A stretch of 64,000 nucleotides of DNA from an uncultured Verrucomicrobiae bacterium (GTDB lineage Bacteria > Verrucomicrobiota > Verrucomicrobiia > Chthoniobacterales > JAATET01), in NCBI GenBank assembly GCA_963719495.1, contig CAVRCI010000002.1, forward strand, positions 128,001 to 192,000. Reading direction: 5' to 3'. The translations under genes and the position numbers were made by a program. A model generated the notes under the pieces. The model saw nothing but the letters and a program-made list of their open reading frames with translations. It was not told the origin of the DNA and did not search any database. How positions within the stretch are numbered: the first letter of the stretch is position 1; each line of letters begins with the position of its first letter. Below are positions 10,650 to 21,706 of the stretch, piece after piece.

Positions 10650-10823
10650 CTATTCCATCTCTAAAATAATCGTTAGATCATTTGGTTTGAGGTGAATGTC
10701 AAAAACAACCTTTCGGACGGAAAATGCGCCCCTGTTGGGGTGAATAATCTCACTTCCGATTTCAGGGATGATTGGGAAGTCACAGTGTTCTTCGCCTTCG
10801 GGGTATTTTAGTGTGATGTTCAT
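10650..10823 (-). CDS. Small hypothetical protein
   Basis: MNITLKYP..FPIIPEIGSEI; near the cassette start. Confidence 0.5.
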   Translation of the reverse strand: MNITLKYPEGEEHCDFPIIPEIGSEIIHPNRGAFSVRKVVFDIHLKPNDLTIILEME

Positions 10824-11006
10824 AGTATGCAAGTGAACTTTGATAGAAGAAATGTGAAAATGGAAGGTATAAATATGAAACCGAACGTCAAGCTCAGCCA
10901 CCCTGAGCGGGTAACCAAGCCAACCCTGAGGTGAACTGCCGGAAGCGGGACCGAGCAACCCCAGCCAGCGAAGCGGCTAGGGGTTGGCTGCAGCGCCTTG
11001 TTCGGA

Positions 11007-11265
11007 TCCGCCCGTCCGTGGTCCCGCTCAGCATCTTATTCGAGGGCATTGCTTGTTTCATGCATTGAATTGCTTCAGGTCGAACTTGATGGCTTGCGTG
11101 ATCTCGATTGAACGAACCCCCGAGGGTCAAACCTCATTCTCCGCTTCTTCTGCGCATTCACGACCCAATCTACTTGTGCGGATCGAGCGCATACACATCT
11201 CGACAAAAAGCAAATCCGGAGGCCGTCTGCAATCAAGTGGGAATATCGTAGTCGAAGGGGATAGG
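11007..11265 (-). repeat. Family D-related cassette with divergent interior
   Basis: Same ends as family D, unrelated middle. Confidence 0.6.
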
Positions 11266-11395
11266 TCCGAACGTCAAGTTCAGCCACCCCGAACGCGGGC
11301 ACGAGTTTGTCTGGTGATCATCTGCCTGTGGCGGGACCGAGCAACCCCAGCCAGCGAAGCGGCTAGGGGTTGGCTGCAGCGCCTTGTTCGGCATC

Positions 11396-11803
11396 TCATT
11401 TCATGTGGTGAGAGTATCCCTTCAAGACCTTTTTCGATGCTTTATCAAAGCGTTCCAGAAGCATCCATCCGTATTCTGGATGATCTTCATTGTAATGAAC
11501 TAGATATAAGGTCGAAATGCCTATAGGAAGCTTTGGAGCTATTGAAAGATATGCAACTTGCATTATTTCAGGCAGTGTCGTGCCTGAAGGAACTTTAAAC
11601 AATGTAATTGGAGTTACGGAGGAATAGAGATATTTTGAGCCAATGCCTTTTGTTAGGACGTTCGCCCTAATTACCAAGTCTGCTTTGTCATAAAGTTCTT
11701 GTTCATATGATTCAGCTTTTAGAGATGTGATCGCGAATGATGCTAGGAATGTAAAATAACAGACAAGTTTTCGTGCCACGATTGAGTGGAGTATTTTGTT
11801 CAT
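11396..11803 (-). CDS. Secreted hypothetical protein
   Basis: Signal-like N-terminus; ADLVIRANV. Confidence 0.75.
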   Translation of the reverse strand: MNKILHSIVARKLVCYFTFLASFAITSLKAESYEQELYDKADLVIRANVLTKGIGSKYLYSSVTPITLFKVPSGTTLPEIMQVAYLSIAPKLPIGISTLYLVHYNEDHPEYGWMLLERFDKASKKVLKGYSHHMK

Positions 11804-11946
11804 CCGCCGGAGGCTGAGCCGAACGTCAAGCTCAGCCACCCTGAGCGGAGCAACGAACGTCTAGGCGAGGTGTTTCCCGGAAGGGGATCGTTCGGCCAAG
11901 GCTTGCCGCTGGTCGGCTAGGGGTTGGCTGCAGCGCCTTGTTCGTC

Positions 11947-12282
11947 GGAAACGGTGACTGCACAATGGAGGACCAGAGCGTCCGACAGGCTGACGATGAT
12001 CAAATCCAGCAAGCGGCTTCGTTAGAGCATTCAGTCGAAGAGGCTTCTGTGGTCCAGATTGACTACGCATTATAAATATATTGCTCGTGACACGAAAAGG
12101 GCGGAACGGATTCTGGATGGATCTACTCATGCCGCGTGAGCGCCCCAAGCTTGCATGGCAGGCGAATAATCGTTGGCGTCGAATCGGGAGTGATCAATAG
12201 AAAACCAGAATCGTGCTCAATCGTATGCCGAATGGAATCGAACAACTCTGAACCGTTCCTTGTTCTCAACCCCAATAAATCA
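11947..12282 (-). repeat. Family A copy (336 bp)
   Basis: Tandem pair with the next cassette. Confidence 0.9.
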
Positions 12283-12411
12283 GGCGAACGTCAAGCTCAG
12301 CCACCCTGAGCGGGGCAACGAACGTCTAGGCAAGGTGTTTGCCGGAAGGGGATCGGTCGGCCAAGGCTTGCCTCAGGCCGGCTAGGGGTTGGCTGCAGCG
12401 CCTTGTTCGTC

Positions 12412-12747
12412 GGAAGAGGTGACTGCACAATGGAGGACCCGATCGTCCGACAGGCCGACGATGGTCAAACCCAGCAAGCGGCTTCGTTAGAGCATTCAGT
12501 AGAAGAGGTTTCTGTGGTCCAGATTGACTCCGCATTATAAATATATTGCTCGTGACAAGAGCAGGACGGAACGGATTTTGGATGGATCTACTCATGCCGC
12601 GTGAGCGCCCCAAGCGTGCATGGCAGGCGAATAATCGTTGGCGTCGAATCGGGAGTGATCAATAGAAAACCAGAATCGTGCTCAATCGTATGCCGAAGGG
12701 AATCGAACAACTCTGAACCTTCCCTTGATCTCAACCCCAATAAATCA
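12412..12747 (-). repeat. Family A copy (336 bp)
   Basis: One of 13 copies. Confidence 0.9.
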
Positions 12748-12844
12748 GGCGAACGTCAAGCTCAGCCACCCTGAACGGGCGACCAAAAACTACCGGTAAT
12801 CAGCTGCCGGTAGCGGGCCCGCGCAACCCCAGCCAGCGAAGCGG

Positions 12845-13132
12845 CTAGGGGTTGGCTGCAGCGCCTTGTTCGGTCTGTATTCGTTGCCTCTCGTAGGCTC
12901 GGAGCATATCGGATACAGCGATGCCGGAAATAGTCATATTCTCAATGTTTGCGTTTTTGATAGCCATCCCACTCAAATTGACGTTTTCAAAGACAGTATT
13001 TGTAAAGTCAACATCTTCAAACTTTGCATCTGACAACGCAATGTTCCGGAAGTCAGAGTGGCGCATTGAGACATTGAAATATTTTGAATAATCAATATTA
13101 GCGTCCTGCAAAATGCTTGGTTCGGAAGTCAT
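12845..13132 (-). CDS. Pentapeptide repeat protein
   Basis: ANIDY-SKYFN-VSMRH-SDFRN-IALSD-AKFED-VDFTN-TVFEN-VNLSG. Confidence 0.8.
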   Translation of the reverse strand: MTSEPSILQDANIDYSKYFNVSMRHSDFRNIALSDAKFEDVDFTNTVFENVNLSGMAIKNANIENMTISGIAVSDMLRAYERQRIQTEQGAAANP

Positions 13133-13154
13133 TTGATGTTTGGTGGGAGAGGTT

Positions 13155-13349
13155 TTACTCAAAAATTCCGAGAAAATACAAGAGCGTGCCTGTGATGATT
13201 GCAATGATCACAAGGACAAAGAGGATGTATTCCGATGTCTTGCGTGCTCGGCGGTCAAAATCAGATTCTCCCAGGCGTGGCTGATGGGAACTCGATGACG
13301 AGCCGATTGAAGAAATACTGTCGATAATGATTTCTAATATTATCCACAT
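13155..13349 (-). CDS. Small membrane protein
   Basis: C-terminal TM helix. Confidence 0.55.
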   Translation of the reverse strand: MWIILEIIIDSISSIGSSSSSHQPRLGESDFDRRARKTSEYILFVLVIIAIITGTLLYFLGIFE

Positions 13350-13517
13350 TCGATGTTGAATTGTTTTGTAGCTGTCGAGCGGCTTGTCAGCGTTGCTGGT
13401 GATGCATTATATTTCATAAGACCGAACGTCAAGCTCAGCCACTCCGAACGGGTGATCGAGCCAACCCTGAGGTGAGCTGCCGGTAGCGGGACCGATCAAC
13501 CCCAGCCAGCGAAGCGG

Positions 13518-13952
13518 CTAGGGGTTGGCTGCAGCGCCTTGTTCGGTGCATTTGTTACGTTGAAATAGGAAATATATGGCAGTGCTAACGATTGCTGCGC
13601 ACACGAGTGAAATCACTGATAAGAATCCATGTAGCATTGGAAACACTATGACGTGCATGTGAGCAGCTGAGTGTAGACTATCAGCCTTTCCGTTTGAGGC
13701 ATATAGCGCGTAGGTAGCGAGTCCGAATAGCGACGACAAGTATGCAACGACGCAGAAACAATAATCAATGCGGTTTCGGATCTTGGAGATGACTACAAAA
13801 GATAAAGATGCGAAGACGCCGGAAGCTATCGCCCCAACAACTGTGCTGATGAAAAACATGGTCGTAGGAAGCTCTTGTTCTGTGCTGTTCCAGCAAGCTA
13901 ATACAAAGGCCGCAATATTGATTGCTGACAATATTGCTATGTGAATTCTCAT
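13518..13952 (-). CDS. Cassette membrane protein
   Basis: About 4 TM segments. Confidence 0.75.
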   Translation of the reverse strand: MRIHIAILSAINIAAFVLACWNSTEQELPTTMFFISTVVGAIASGVFASLSFVVISKIRNRIDYCFCVVAYLSSLFGLATYALYASNGKADSLHSAAHMHVIVFPMLHGFLSVISLVCAAIVSTAIYFLFQRNKCTEQGAAANP

Positions 13953-14081
13953 GTTTTACCGAACGTCAAGCTCAGCCACCCCGAACGGGCGACCGAGTCT
14001 CGCTGATGTGAACTGCCATCTGGGCGTTCCTCAACCCCAGCCCCGAAGCGGCTAGGGGTTGGCTACAGCGCCTTGTTGGGC

Positions 14082-14478
14082 CTGCACCGCTCAAGCAACT
14101 AGTAGCGATCATACCTCGATGACAACCCCTCCGTATCAATACCGAAGGCTCTCAAAACTCCTCGTTCGAACCAATTTCAATGCAGCGAATCCAAAATCAC
14201 ATTTTTGCGGGTGCAAGGGTTGTCGGCACATAACGCCGATTTCACGAATGTAGATTGCATCTAGAATATTTTACTGACCGTTGCCCAGTGAGGAAGCTCG
14301 CAATTCCAGATTGGCCTCTAGCTGATGCATTTGAATTATTGTCGCGAAAACAGATGGCGAGTCCTGAGTGCAACGAGCTTCGGAACTCAGCTTTATATTG
14401 TCTACGTCGCAGGGAATTGATTGTTGGCTTGCAAGGGTGACGCCGCATTCGCATTTCTTTTTCAGGACTATTAATGGA
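14082..14478 (-). repeat. Gene-less cassette family G (related to 42750-43083)
   Basis: Shares caacccctYcgtatcaataccgaaggct and the gcccaac end. Confidence 0.55.
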
Positions 14479-14605
14479 GCCCAACGTCAAGCTCAGCCAC
14501 CCTGAGCGGATGATTGAGCCAACCCTGAGGTGAGCTGCCAGTAGCGGGACCGAGCAACCCCAGCCAGCGAAGCGGCTAGGGGTTGGCTGCAGCGTTTTGT
14601 TCGAC

Positions 14606-15096
14606 GCGCATCTGTTCAAACTACGCATATCGTGACTTCCTCTAGCCAACCCCTCCGTATTTCTACCGAAGGCACTTCCACAATGAAGATAGAATCTCTG
14701 AAAAGGCTCCGCAATCGTGGTTAGTAATTTGCGCCTAGAAGATTGTATGGGGGTTGAAGCGCAATTGGAAACAGGGGCGGGAATCAAGCTCACAAATATT
14801 CGCCTGGAAGATTGTTGGTAATGGGAAGTTGAATTAGAACGGAGGGATGGGAATCAGGCTCATCAATATGCGCTTGGAAGGATTGTGGGGGCTTCTGGTG
14901 ACTTCCAATTGATTGTTCGAAGTCACCAAAATATTATACACGGCGGGCAACTCTGAGCGCCGCCTAGCCTTTGCGTATACCTCCAACGCTGGTCGAAAAT
15001 AGAGGAACCGACGGTTTCAAACTGGATCTGGCCTAGTCTGATTTCGTCCAGACAACTGTAATCAAAAATTAGTCATCCGCCGGAGGCTCACAATGA
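14606..15096 (-). repeat. Family C copy (diverged)
   Basis: Same ends as 1744-2230. Confidence 0.85.
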
Positions 15097-15437
15097 GTCG
15101 AACGTCAAGCTCAGCCACCCTGAGCGGGTAATCGAGCCAACCCTGAGATGAGCTGCCAATGGCGGGAACGAGCAACCCCAGCCAGCGAAGCGGCTAGGGG
15201 TTGGCTGCAGCGCCTTGTTCGGCTGAATTGCTGGTAGGCTTAACCGGAAAATAATCGAATCGGTGGGTTCAAGGAGTTGGTGCGATAGGACGCAAACACG
15301 TATGAATGAGATACACTGCCGCTTCAACACGAGTCCAAAGTCCTCGGACATTAATATGGTCCGTCGGAGCAACAGAGTTTTGAGATGTAACTTGTCGATG
15401 AGGATATGGTAGTGTTTGGCGGGCATCAAAAACGAAG

Positions 15438-15836
15438 CTACTCTCTCAAGTGTGCTGTGGAACTAAATTTTGGCTTTCGAAAAACAAGCGAATAACCATC
15501 AGCTGGGGAAGTCATGGTCTTCACTTCAAGAAACTCGAACCCATCTTCGTTGAATATCTTCTCCCATTTCTGCTCTCGGGGGCCATGACCATTTACTCCA
15601 GTATTCATAGCATACACAGTGAGATATCCAGCATCATCCGATGTTCGAATGCTCTTGCCGTCCGGGTCAGGATTTCCATGTGCTTCGCCGACCATCTCGA
15701 CAAATTCCCACCCATTTTCTTGTTGAGCGGTGATTTCCGATCTTACGTCTGCACGCTTGGTAAAATCCCTCCGTTCACATCCAGAAAGAAGGAAGACGAA
15801 GATTGCCACGATGGAAGATGTGGGAAGGAATTTCAT
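15438..15836 (-). CDS. Lipoprotein
   Basis: Lipobox LLSGC. Confidence 0.75.
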   Translation of the reverse strand: MKFLPTSSIVAIFVFLLSGCERRDFTKRADVRSEITAQQENGWEFVEMVGEAHGNPDPDGKSIRTSDDAGYLTVYAMNTGVNGHGPREQKWEKIFNEDGFEFLEVKTMTSPADGYSLVFRKPKFSSTAHLRE

Positions 15837-15974
15837 AGAAATAGCCGAACGTCAAGCTCAGCCACCCCGAACGGATTAACCGAGCCAACCCTCAGATGAG
15901 CTGCCAGTGGCGGGTCCGAGGAACCCCAGCCAGCGAAGCGGCTAGGGGTTGGCTGCAGCGCCTTGTTCGGCATA

Positions 15975-16784
15975 TTATTTGGGTTCGGCTGTCAGAAATA
16001 GGCCGATCTCGTCTGAATACGTTTTCGTGTATGAAATGTCATCACGGACAAACGCTACCCTGTCATGAATATCCACGTCATCGTCCGTATACCCAAGATC
16101 TTTGAAAATTGACGATCGATCTTTAAGTGGCATGTTTGGATTTTCGATCGCCATGACGAACGCGGCAGATCCTATAATTACGTCCGCTCCAGAACCGAAT
16201 GTCCCGTCACCACTAGCGAGAAATGTGACGCTTTGCAAAATCTGGGTTTGTTGGGTAGCTCTGACGATTACTGCAACATTTCTGTTTGATTCTAATTGAG
16301 CCGTAATGAACTCACCGTTATCGTCTCTCGATTTCAGGCTCAGGCGGATATCAGAATCTACTGTCTCAGCCGAGGAGTTGTATCGTTCGATGAATTGGTC
16401 GATGGTAAAGCTGAACTCCAGTGGTTGATCTTCTGGTATGGCTTTGACTTCAACGGCGGGCTGACGCGGTAGGTCAAGCTGACTGGATGGACTACTTGTA
16501 GATGATGAGGAGCTGGATACGGAGGGCGGCGTGGAAGGGGACAAGCTAGAAATAATAAAAATTAATAACCATGCGAATGAAAATATCCTCGCGAGGTTCG
16601 AATGCCCTTTGCGTAGGGTGAACCAAGAGAAGGCGAATGGTAGAAGAACAATTCCGATGCCAAGTAAAATCGAAACCTTGCGTTTTGGGGGTCCTGCTCC
16701 GTTTTGCGGACGTCCGCATTCAGGACACGAGCCAGCTGAATCTGAAATTTGTTTGCTACAGTCGAGGCAAGTTATTAACGGCAT
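15975..16784 (-). CDS. Zn-ribbon membrane protein
   Basis: MPLITCLDC..CPECG, 2 TM segments, Ser-rich linker. Confidence 0.8.
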   Translation of the reverse strand: MPLITCLDCSKQISDSAGSCPECGRPQNGAGPPKRKVSILLGIGIVLLPFAFSWFTLRKGHSNLARIFSFAWLLIFIISSLSPSTPPSVSSSSSSTSSPSSQLDLPRQPAVEVKAIPEDQPLEFSFTIDQFIERYNSSAETVDSDIRLSLKSRDDNGEFITAQLESNRNVAVIVRATQQTQILQSVTFLASGDGTFGSGADVIIGSAAFVMAIENPNMPLKDRSSIFKDLGYTDDDVDIHDRVAFVRDDISYTKTYSDEIGLFLTAEPK

Positions 16785-16971
16785 AAAATCGAGAATAGAT
16801 GATATAATTAATGTGGAAGCGTCAATGCCTTTTGGCCTAAGGCTGCCGAACGTCAAGCTCAGCCACCCTGAGCGGGCATTCAAGCCAACCCTGAGGTGAG
16901 CTGCCGATAGCGGGACCGAGCAACCCCAGCCAGCGAAGCGGCTAGGGGTTGGCTGCAGCGCCTTGTTCGGA

Positions 16972-17240
16972 TCCGCCCGTTCGTGGTCCCGTCGGATCTA
17001 CAATTTGCAGCCTTGCTCGTCGCCATGCCGATTGATAATCGAGCCATACCAGCGAGTCAGACCGATGCGCTTCGCTACGAAAATTGACGTCGAATGGACT
17101 GCGCAAAAATACCTTGGTTTGGGCTTTCAGATACGCAAATTCACCTCATTGTGGACCCCTTCCGAATACGCCAAGTTTATACAAAGCAAATTACGAACGA
17201 GCTTGCTTGCAGTTTGGGCTTCGAAGACCAGGGGCATAGG
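16972..17240 (-). repeat. Family D copy
   Basis: Similar to 32559-32827. Confidence 0.85.
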
Positions 17241-17367
17241 TCCGAACGTCAAGCTCAGCCACCCCGAGCGGGCGGTCGAGCCAATCCTGAGGTGAACTGC
17301 CAATAGCGGGTCCGAGCAACCCCAGCCAGCGAAGCGGCTAGGGGTTGGCTGCAGCGCCTTGTTAGAC

Positions 17368-17747
17368 TCGTATTGCTTTTCTCCGTTTCTGGATGCTCTG
17401 TTTTCTAAGTATAATTGTGTGAGATGAAGCTGTCTCAAATGTGGCGATGGTGAAGGGGTTGAGTTCAGTGAGCCAGTGGCATCAGTCCTGATTGGATGAA
17501 TTACGCAAAATGGCTCAAAAAAATTCGAGTGCTGCGCACGAAATATGAGTTCACCTTCGGATCACTTCTAATAACCGTTCTCGCTCCGCTCGACTCTGAA
17601 TTCAAGCCGGCCAGTGAATTCATCCACCGGAGGTCTAGATATCGATACATAATCCCCAGGCTCAGTTGCAAATGTTCGGCTTGGCAGGAGTGCTTCATAC
17701 ATCTCATTATTTTATCCACCGGAGGTCTTCATGAATTTTGTATAAGA
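17368..17747 (-). repeat. Family E copy
   Basis: Matches 9277-9655. Confidence 0.85.
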
Positions 17748-17868
17748 GTCTAACGTCAAGCTCAGCCACCCTGAACGGGCAATAAAGCCAACCCTGAGGT
17801 GAGCTGCCGGAAGCGGGGCCGAGCAACCCCAGCCAGCGAAGCGGCTAGGGGTTGGCTGCAGCGCCTTG

Positions 17869-18381
17869 TTAGGGCTGTATTCTTGCTGTTGATATTGCTT
17901 GATCCACTTGTTCCGAGATGCTGGCTAGTCTTGAAAATTCGGTCGTCATAATCTCAATAAAGGATCCAGGCGTCACTTGAGCTCTCTTGGAGAATGGCTG
18001 CATTGTATAGTTTTCTTTTATTTGGAATCCATCCCACGCCACAATTTGTTCTGCAGAGGATTCAAGAAGACTCTTTGCAAGTGTCTTTCCATTGATCCCT
18101 GTTCGTTGCTTGCTGGATTCAATATGCAACACAATCGAGGCCGTCCCTCGTTTAACATCTGCGTTCGTCATCCAGCTCTCGAAATGAATTCCCTTACCAT
18201 CCTCGTTAAACCATGAGTCTTTGAAGACCTGAATTGCGACACTCTTAGGGGAGACGCTGCTCGGATGGAGTCCTGCCTTCGTCCTCCAGACGCTCGTGAA
18301 CCAAGATTCACTTTTCAGGGCAGACTCAAGTTCAAAAAATAATGGTTCGTATTCTTGGATGGATGTCATAATTGTATACAT
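17869..18381 (-). CDS. Cassette hypothetical protein
   Basis: Fills the cassette; WFN..GIHFESW. Confidence 0.78.
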   Translation of the reverse strand: MYTIMTSIQEYEPLFFELESALKSESWFTSVWRTKAGLHPSSVSPKSVAIQVFKDSWFNEDGKGIHFESWMTNADVKRGTASIVLHIESSKQRTGINGKTLAKSLLESSAEQIVAWDGFQIKENYTMQPFSKRAQVTPGSFIEIMTTEFSRLASISEQVDQAISTARIQP

Positions 18382-18512
18382 AATGCCCTAACGCCAAGCT
18401 CAGCCACCCCGAACGGGGGACCAAACTCTGAGCTTGATGTGATGGAATCGCCGGAAGTCAGGACAAGAGCGCCGGGTGACGGCTAGGGGTTGGCTGCAGC
18501 GTTCTGGTCGTC

Positions 18513-18892
18513 GGGACGGTTCGTGGACAAGATGGCCGGCCGTAGCATCCGACAGGGGCTAAACCGTGGAAGTCAGGAACAATTCAACCACATGGACCGA
18601 GGCTCGAGCCAGACTGGTCGTGGAAATATTTTATCGTGATGGTTAAAATGTAGTCGAAACAGATCAATCAGCGAAGTCGCCGGGGCGCAAGCTCGACCCG
18701 GCTCTGCGGGTGGAGCGGCGAGACTCGGAACGGCGGAAGGAGATCGGAGAGGTGGACGAGGGCGTCTGTGACGAGGGGAGTCGGCGGATGGAAGGGGAAA
18801 GGGGCATCCAGTCGAACTCCCTCGGCTCAGTCGCTCGATCGAATCAAAAGCGAGCGTTCTTAAACCGAACTCAATCATTATTTTTTGTATAA
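18513..18892 (-). repeat. Family B copy; 101-codon ORF 18573-18878
   Basis: Matches 1-368. Confidence 0.85.
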
Positions 18893-18989
18893 GGCGACCG
18901 TCAAGCTCAGCCACCCTGAGCGGGTGATCGAGCCAACCCTGAGGTGAACTGCCGGTAGCGGGTTCGAGCAACCCCAGCCAGCGAAGCGG

Positions 18990-19262
18990 CTAGGGGTTGG
19001 CTGCAGCGCCTTGTTGGACACGCATTTCATTCTGTCCAAAGTCGCCAAATGCAATCCCTCGAAATGACAGGTCTTCGTCAAGCTCGGACCAATGGATACC
19101 AAATGGTGAAAGCTCGTATTGTCTGAGCTGTGTGTCTGTTGCTGACGCTAATCGTGGATTCTCCGAAACTGGAAACTTCAACTTGCTGCCATCCGTCATT
19201 GAAATGATAACATGACGATTGGAGATCAGTGCTGACAATGGTCTATTGATTAAGGTGTTCAT
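18990..19262 (-). CDS. DUF2442-type protein (putative antitoxin)
   Basis: PRLASAT..GIHWSELDEDLS. Confidence 0.85.
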   Translation of the reverse strand: MNTLINRPLSALISNRHVIISMTDGSKLKFPVSENPRLASATDTQLRQYELSPFGIHWSELDEDLSFRGIAFGDFGQNEMRVQQGAAANP

Positions 19263-19479
19263 TCCAAACTTTGACGATGAGTTCCTTGTTTTCCTCCGCG
19301 AGTTCTTGCGCTTTCGATAATTCTTTAACCTTCAGTCCAGATGATTCACGCAACTCCACAATAATATCAAGGTTAAAAACCGCTTCCCCTCCACCCTTTC
19401 GGACGTGAACGTGAATCGGTTCATGATCATTGCTGTAGAAAAAGAATTTGAATCCGTCTTTTTTGAAAACAACAGGCAT
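19243..19479 (-). CDS. DUF4160-type protein (putative toxin)
   Basis: GFKFFFYSNDHEPIHVHV. Confidence 0.88.
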   Translation of the reverse strand: MPVVFKKDGFKFFFYSNDHEPIHVHVRKGGGEAVFNLDIIVELRESSGLKVKELSKAQELAEENKELIVKVWNEHLNQ

Positions 19480-19736
19480 ATTTGAGAAATACAGTCTTAC
19501 CTGTGCCCGCGCACGTAAATTCTCGTGGCGGGCTTCCCCCGGTGCTGCCTGACTAATTTGCGCGATGTAATTGCGTCTTGTCGGCTCGGCGGCTGCACTT
19601 CATCCGCCAGGGGCTGTCCAACGTCAAGCTCAGCCACCCTGAGCGGGCATGCAAGCCAACCCTGAGGTGAGCTGCCGGTAGCGGGACCGAGCAACCCCAG
19701 CCAGCGAAGCGGCTAGGGGTTGGCTGCAGCGCCTTG

Positions 19737-20249
19737 TTAGCCCTGTATTGCCTTCGTTGATGGGTGTATCTGGATCTCCGATTTGCCCTCGGGTTGAACT
19801 ATAATTCCTTCCTCGTTCTGCTCCATGTTGTTGCGCCAGATTCTCCAGAAATCCCCGATAGGTCCGACCTCACGATATCTGTATTTTCGGGGCTTCGAGG
19901 CTTCGGCGTAGGAAATGCGCACTGTCTCTCCGTCATCGTTGAAGATGACTATAGCGTCTTTCTGAAAATCGTCTTCCTGCACAAACCTCCAAGCTACCCA
20001 GAAAGCTGCCTTCCCATCATTTGTGAGAAATAGGGAATCAAATTGGAAATCGTGGGAGAAAGACCAAAGCTTCAGCCATGGAATGGTCGTTGATCTAATC
20101 GAATGATTGCCTGATTCGGGATCCACTAATATAAAATGCTCTTTGTCCGGCGAATATACGCGATGCTTCTTCGGTTCCTCGTATGATGTTGCGCGGGCAC
20201 AAACGAGCGAAAACAATAAGAGTGTTGGGGCAATGAATCCTTTTTTCAT
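19737..20249 (-). CDS. Secreted hypothetical protein
   Basis: Signal peptide; fills the cassette. Confidence 0.78.
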   Translation of the reverse strand: MKKGFIAPTLLLFSLVCARATSYEEPKKHRVYSPDKEHFILVDPESGNHSIRSTTIPWLKLWSFSHDFQFDSLFLTNDGKAAFWVAWRFVQEDDFQKDAIVIFNDDGETVRISYAEASKPRKYRYREVGPIGDFWRIWRNNMEQNEEGIIVQPEGKSEIQIHPSTKAIQG

Positions 20250-20381
20250 GGGCTAACGTCAAGCTCAGTCACCCCGATCGGGTGTCCGAACTACTGGTTT
20301 GTGATCAGCTGCAATCTGATCGTCCGCCAACCCCGAGAGCGAAGCGGCTAGGGGTTGACTGCAGCGCCTTGTTAGACCGTA

Positions 20382-20831
20382 TTATTCTTTTCTTAATACA
20401 TAAACGCCCCACGACTTCACCTTGTCGTTCTGTAGAAACTCAATCTGATTCAATACAAGCGTATCAGACTCAAATTTCATTTCATATAGATTGGCGGCTG
20501 CAACTGTTGGCGTTCCCTGTAATAGTAGCGTCTTTCCCTCTGCGTCTTCCACAATGCGAAAAACCCCATAGTCCATCTTGTCGCCCCCAAGAGGAAATCT
20601 CATCAATCCATCCTTCGCGAATGAAAAGAAGAATTTTGAAGCTTCTGCAATCTCGGCTGAGTCGAGTTCTTGAATAGCACTGTCTTTAGGGCTTTGCTTT
20701 TGAGACGCAGAAAAATCGATGCGCCATGTTCCGATCAATTCAGTCTTAAGTTGATCGAGCGTAGCGCCAGTGGCGGGAGTGGGTCCGATGGCGAGAATGG
20801 CAGCGACTATAAGCAATAATGTGTATTTCAT
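20382..20831 (-). CDS. Secreted protein, possibly lipocalin-like
   Basis: Signal peptide; LIGTW motif. Confidence 0.75.
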   Translation of the reverse strand: MKYTLLLIVAAILAIGPTPATGATLDQLKTELIGTWRIDFSASQKQSPKDSAIQELDSAEIAEASKFFFSFAKDGLMRFPLGGDKMDYGVFRIVEDAEGKTLLLQGTPTVAAANLYEMKFESDTLVLNQIEFLQNDKVKSWGVYVLRKE

Positions 20832-21138
20832 GTGATTAGTGGGTTATTGTAGAGATTTCTTGGAAGCTGTCTTTTCCGATTTACTTGAGAGTTGGTTCTT
20901 TTGGTCTGATTATCGGATGCCGGATTTTCATGGTCTAACGTCAAGCTCAGCCACCCTGAGCGGATAATCGGGCCAACCCTGAGGTGAGCTGCCGGTAGAG
21001 GGTCCGAGCAACCCCAGCCAGCGGAGCGGCTAGGGGTTGGCTGCAGCGCCTTGTTCGGCTGTATTGAGACAGTTGATTATATCTTTAGTGATACCTAGCG
21101 AGGTTATGGTGGATTGTCCGTAGGTAGAGATCTCAGAG

Positions 21139-21537
21139 TCAATATTCGGGAACAATATAAGTTCTTGGAAAAATTCTCCAAAATTGTGTTTCAAGAGCGC
21201 GAAGGGGAAGAAAGACGAAACTCGCAGCATGAAGCACTGGTAATAAATCGGCAGATTTGGAGCTAAAATTGAGAAATTGCGCTGGCCCTACGTCATGAAA
21301 ATAGACCTTCTCTGTGTATAAGGTTCCGAACGTGACCGTGTGGATGAATGCTCCGCTCATCCGGAGAACGGAATAACCCAAAAAATATAAAGTGATTAGG
21401 ACGAGGACCACGGGAATGATCTTTAGGCGTATCCTATACTTTCTGCTCCGCGACCGTCTTCTTGGACGAAGACGCGGCAGTCTCCCATGCCGTTTTATAA
21501 ATGCGATATGGCTTTCATTCGTGATTGGCTGATTCAT
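21139..21537 (-). CDS. Membrane hypothetical protein
   Basis: Basic stretch followed by a TM helix. Confidence 0.65.
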   Translation of the reverse strand: MNQPITNESHIAFIKRHGRLPRLRPRRRSRSRKYRIRLKIIPVVLVLITLYFLGYSVLRMSGAFIHTVTFGTLYTEKVYFHDVGPAQFLNFSSKSADLLPVLHAASFVFLPLRALETQFWRIFPRTYIVPEY

Positions 21538-21706
21538 GGCGGATTCGGATTCGTGGACATCTACAAGCGTCCGAAAGCGAACAAAATCATCCGCCGGAGG
21601 CTACTTATTGAGCCGAACGTCAAGCTCAGTCACCCCGAACGGGCGATGAGAAACGAGGAGTGATCATCTGCAATCTGGTCGTCCGCCAACCCCGAGAGCG
21701 AAGCGG

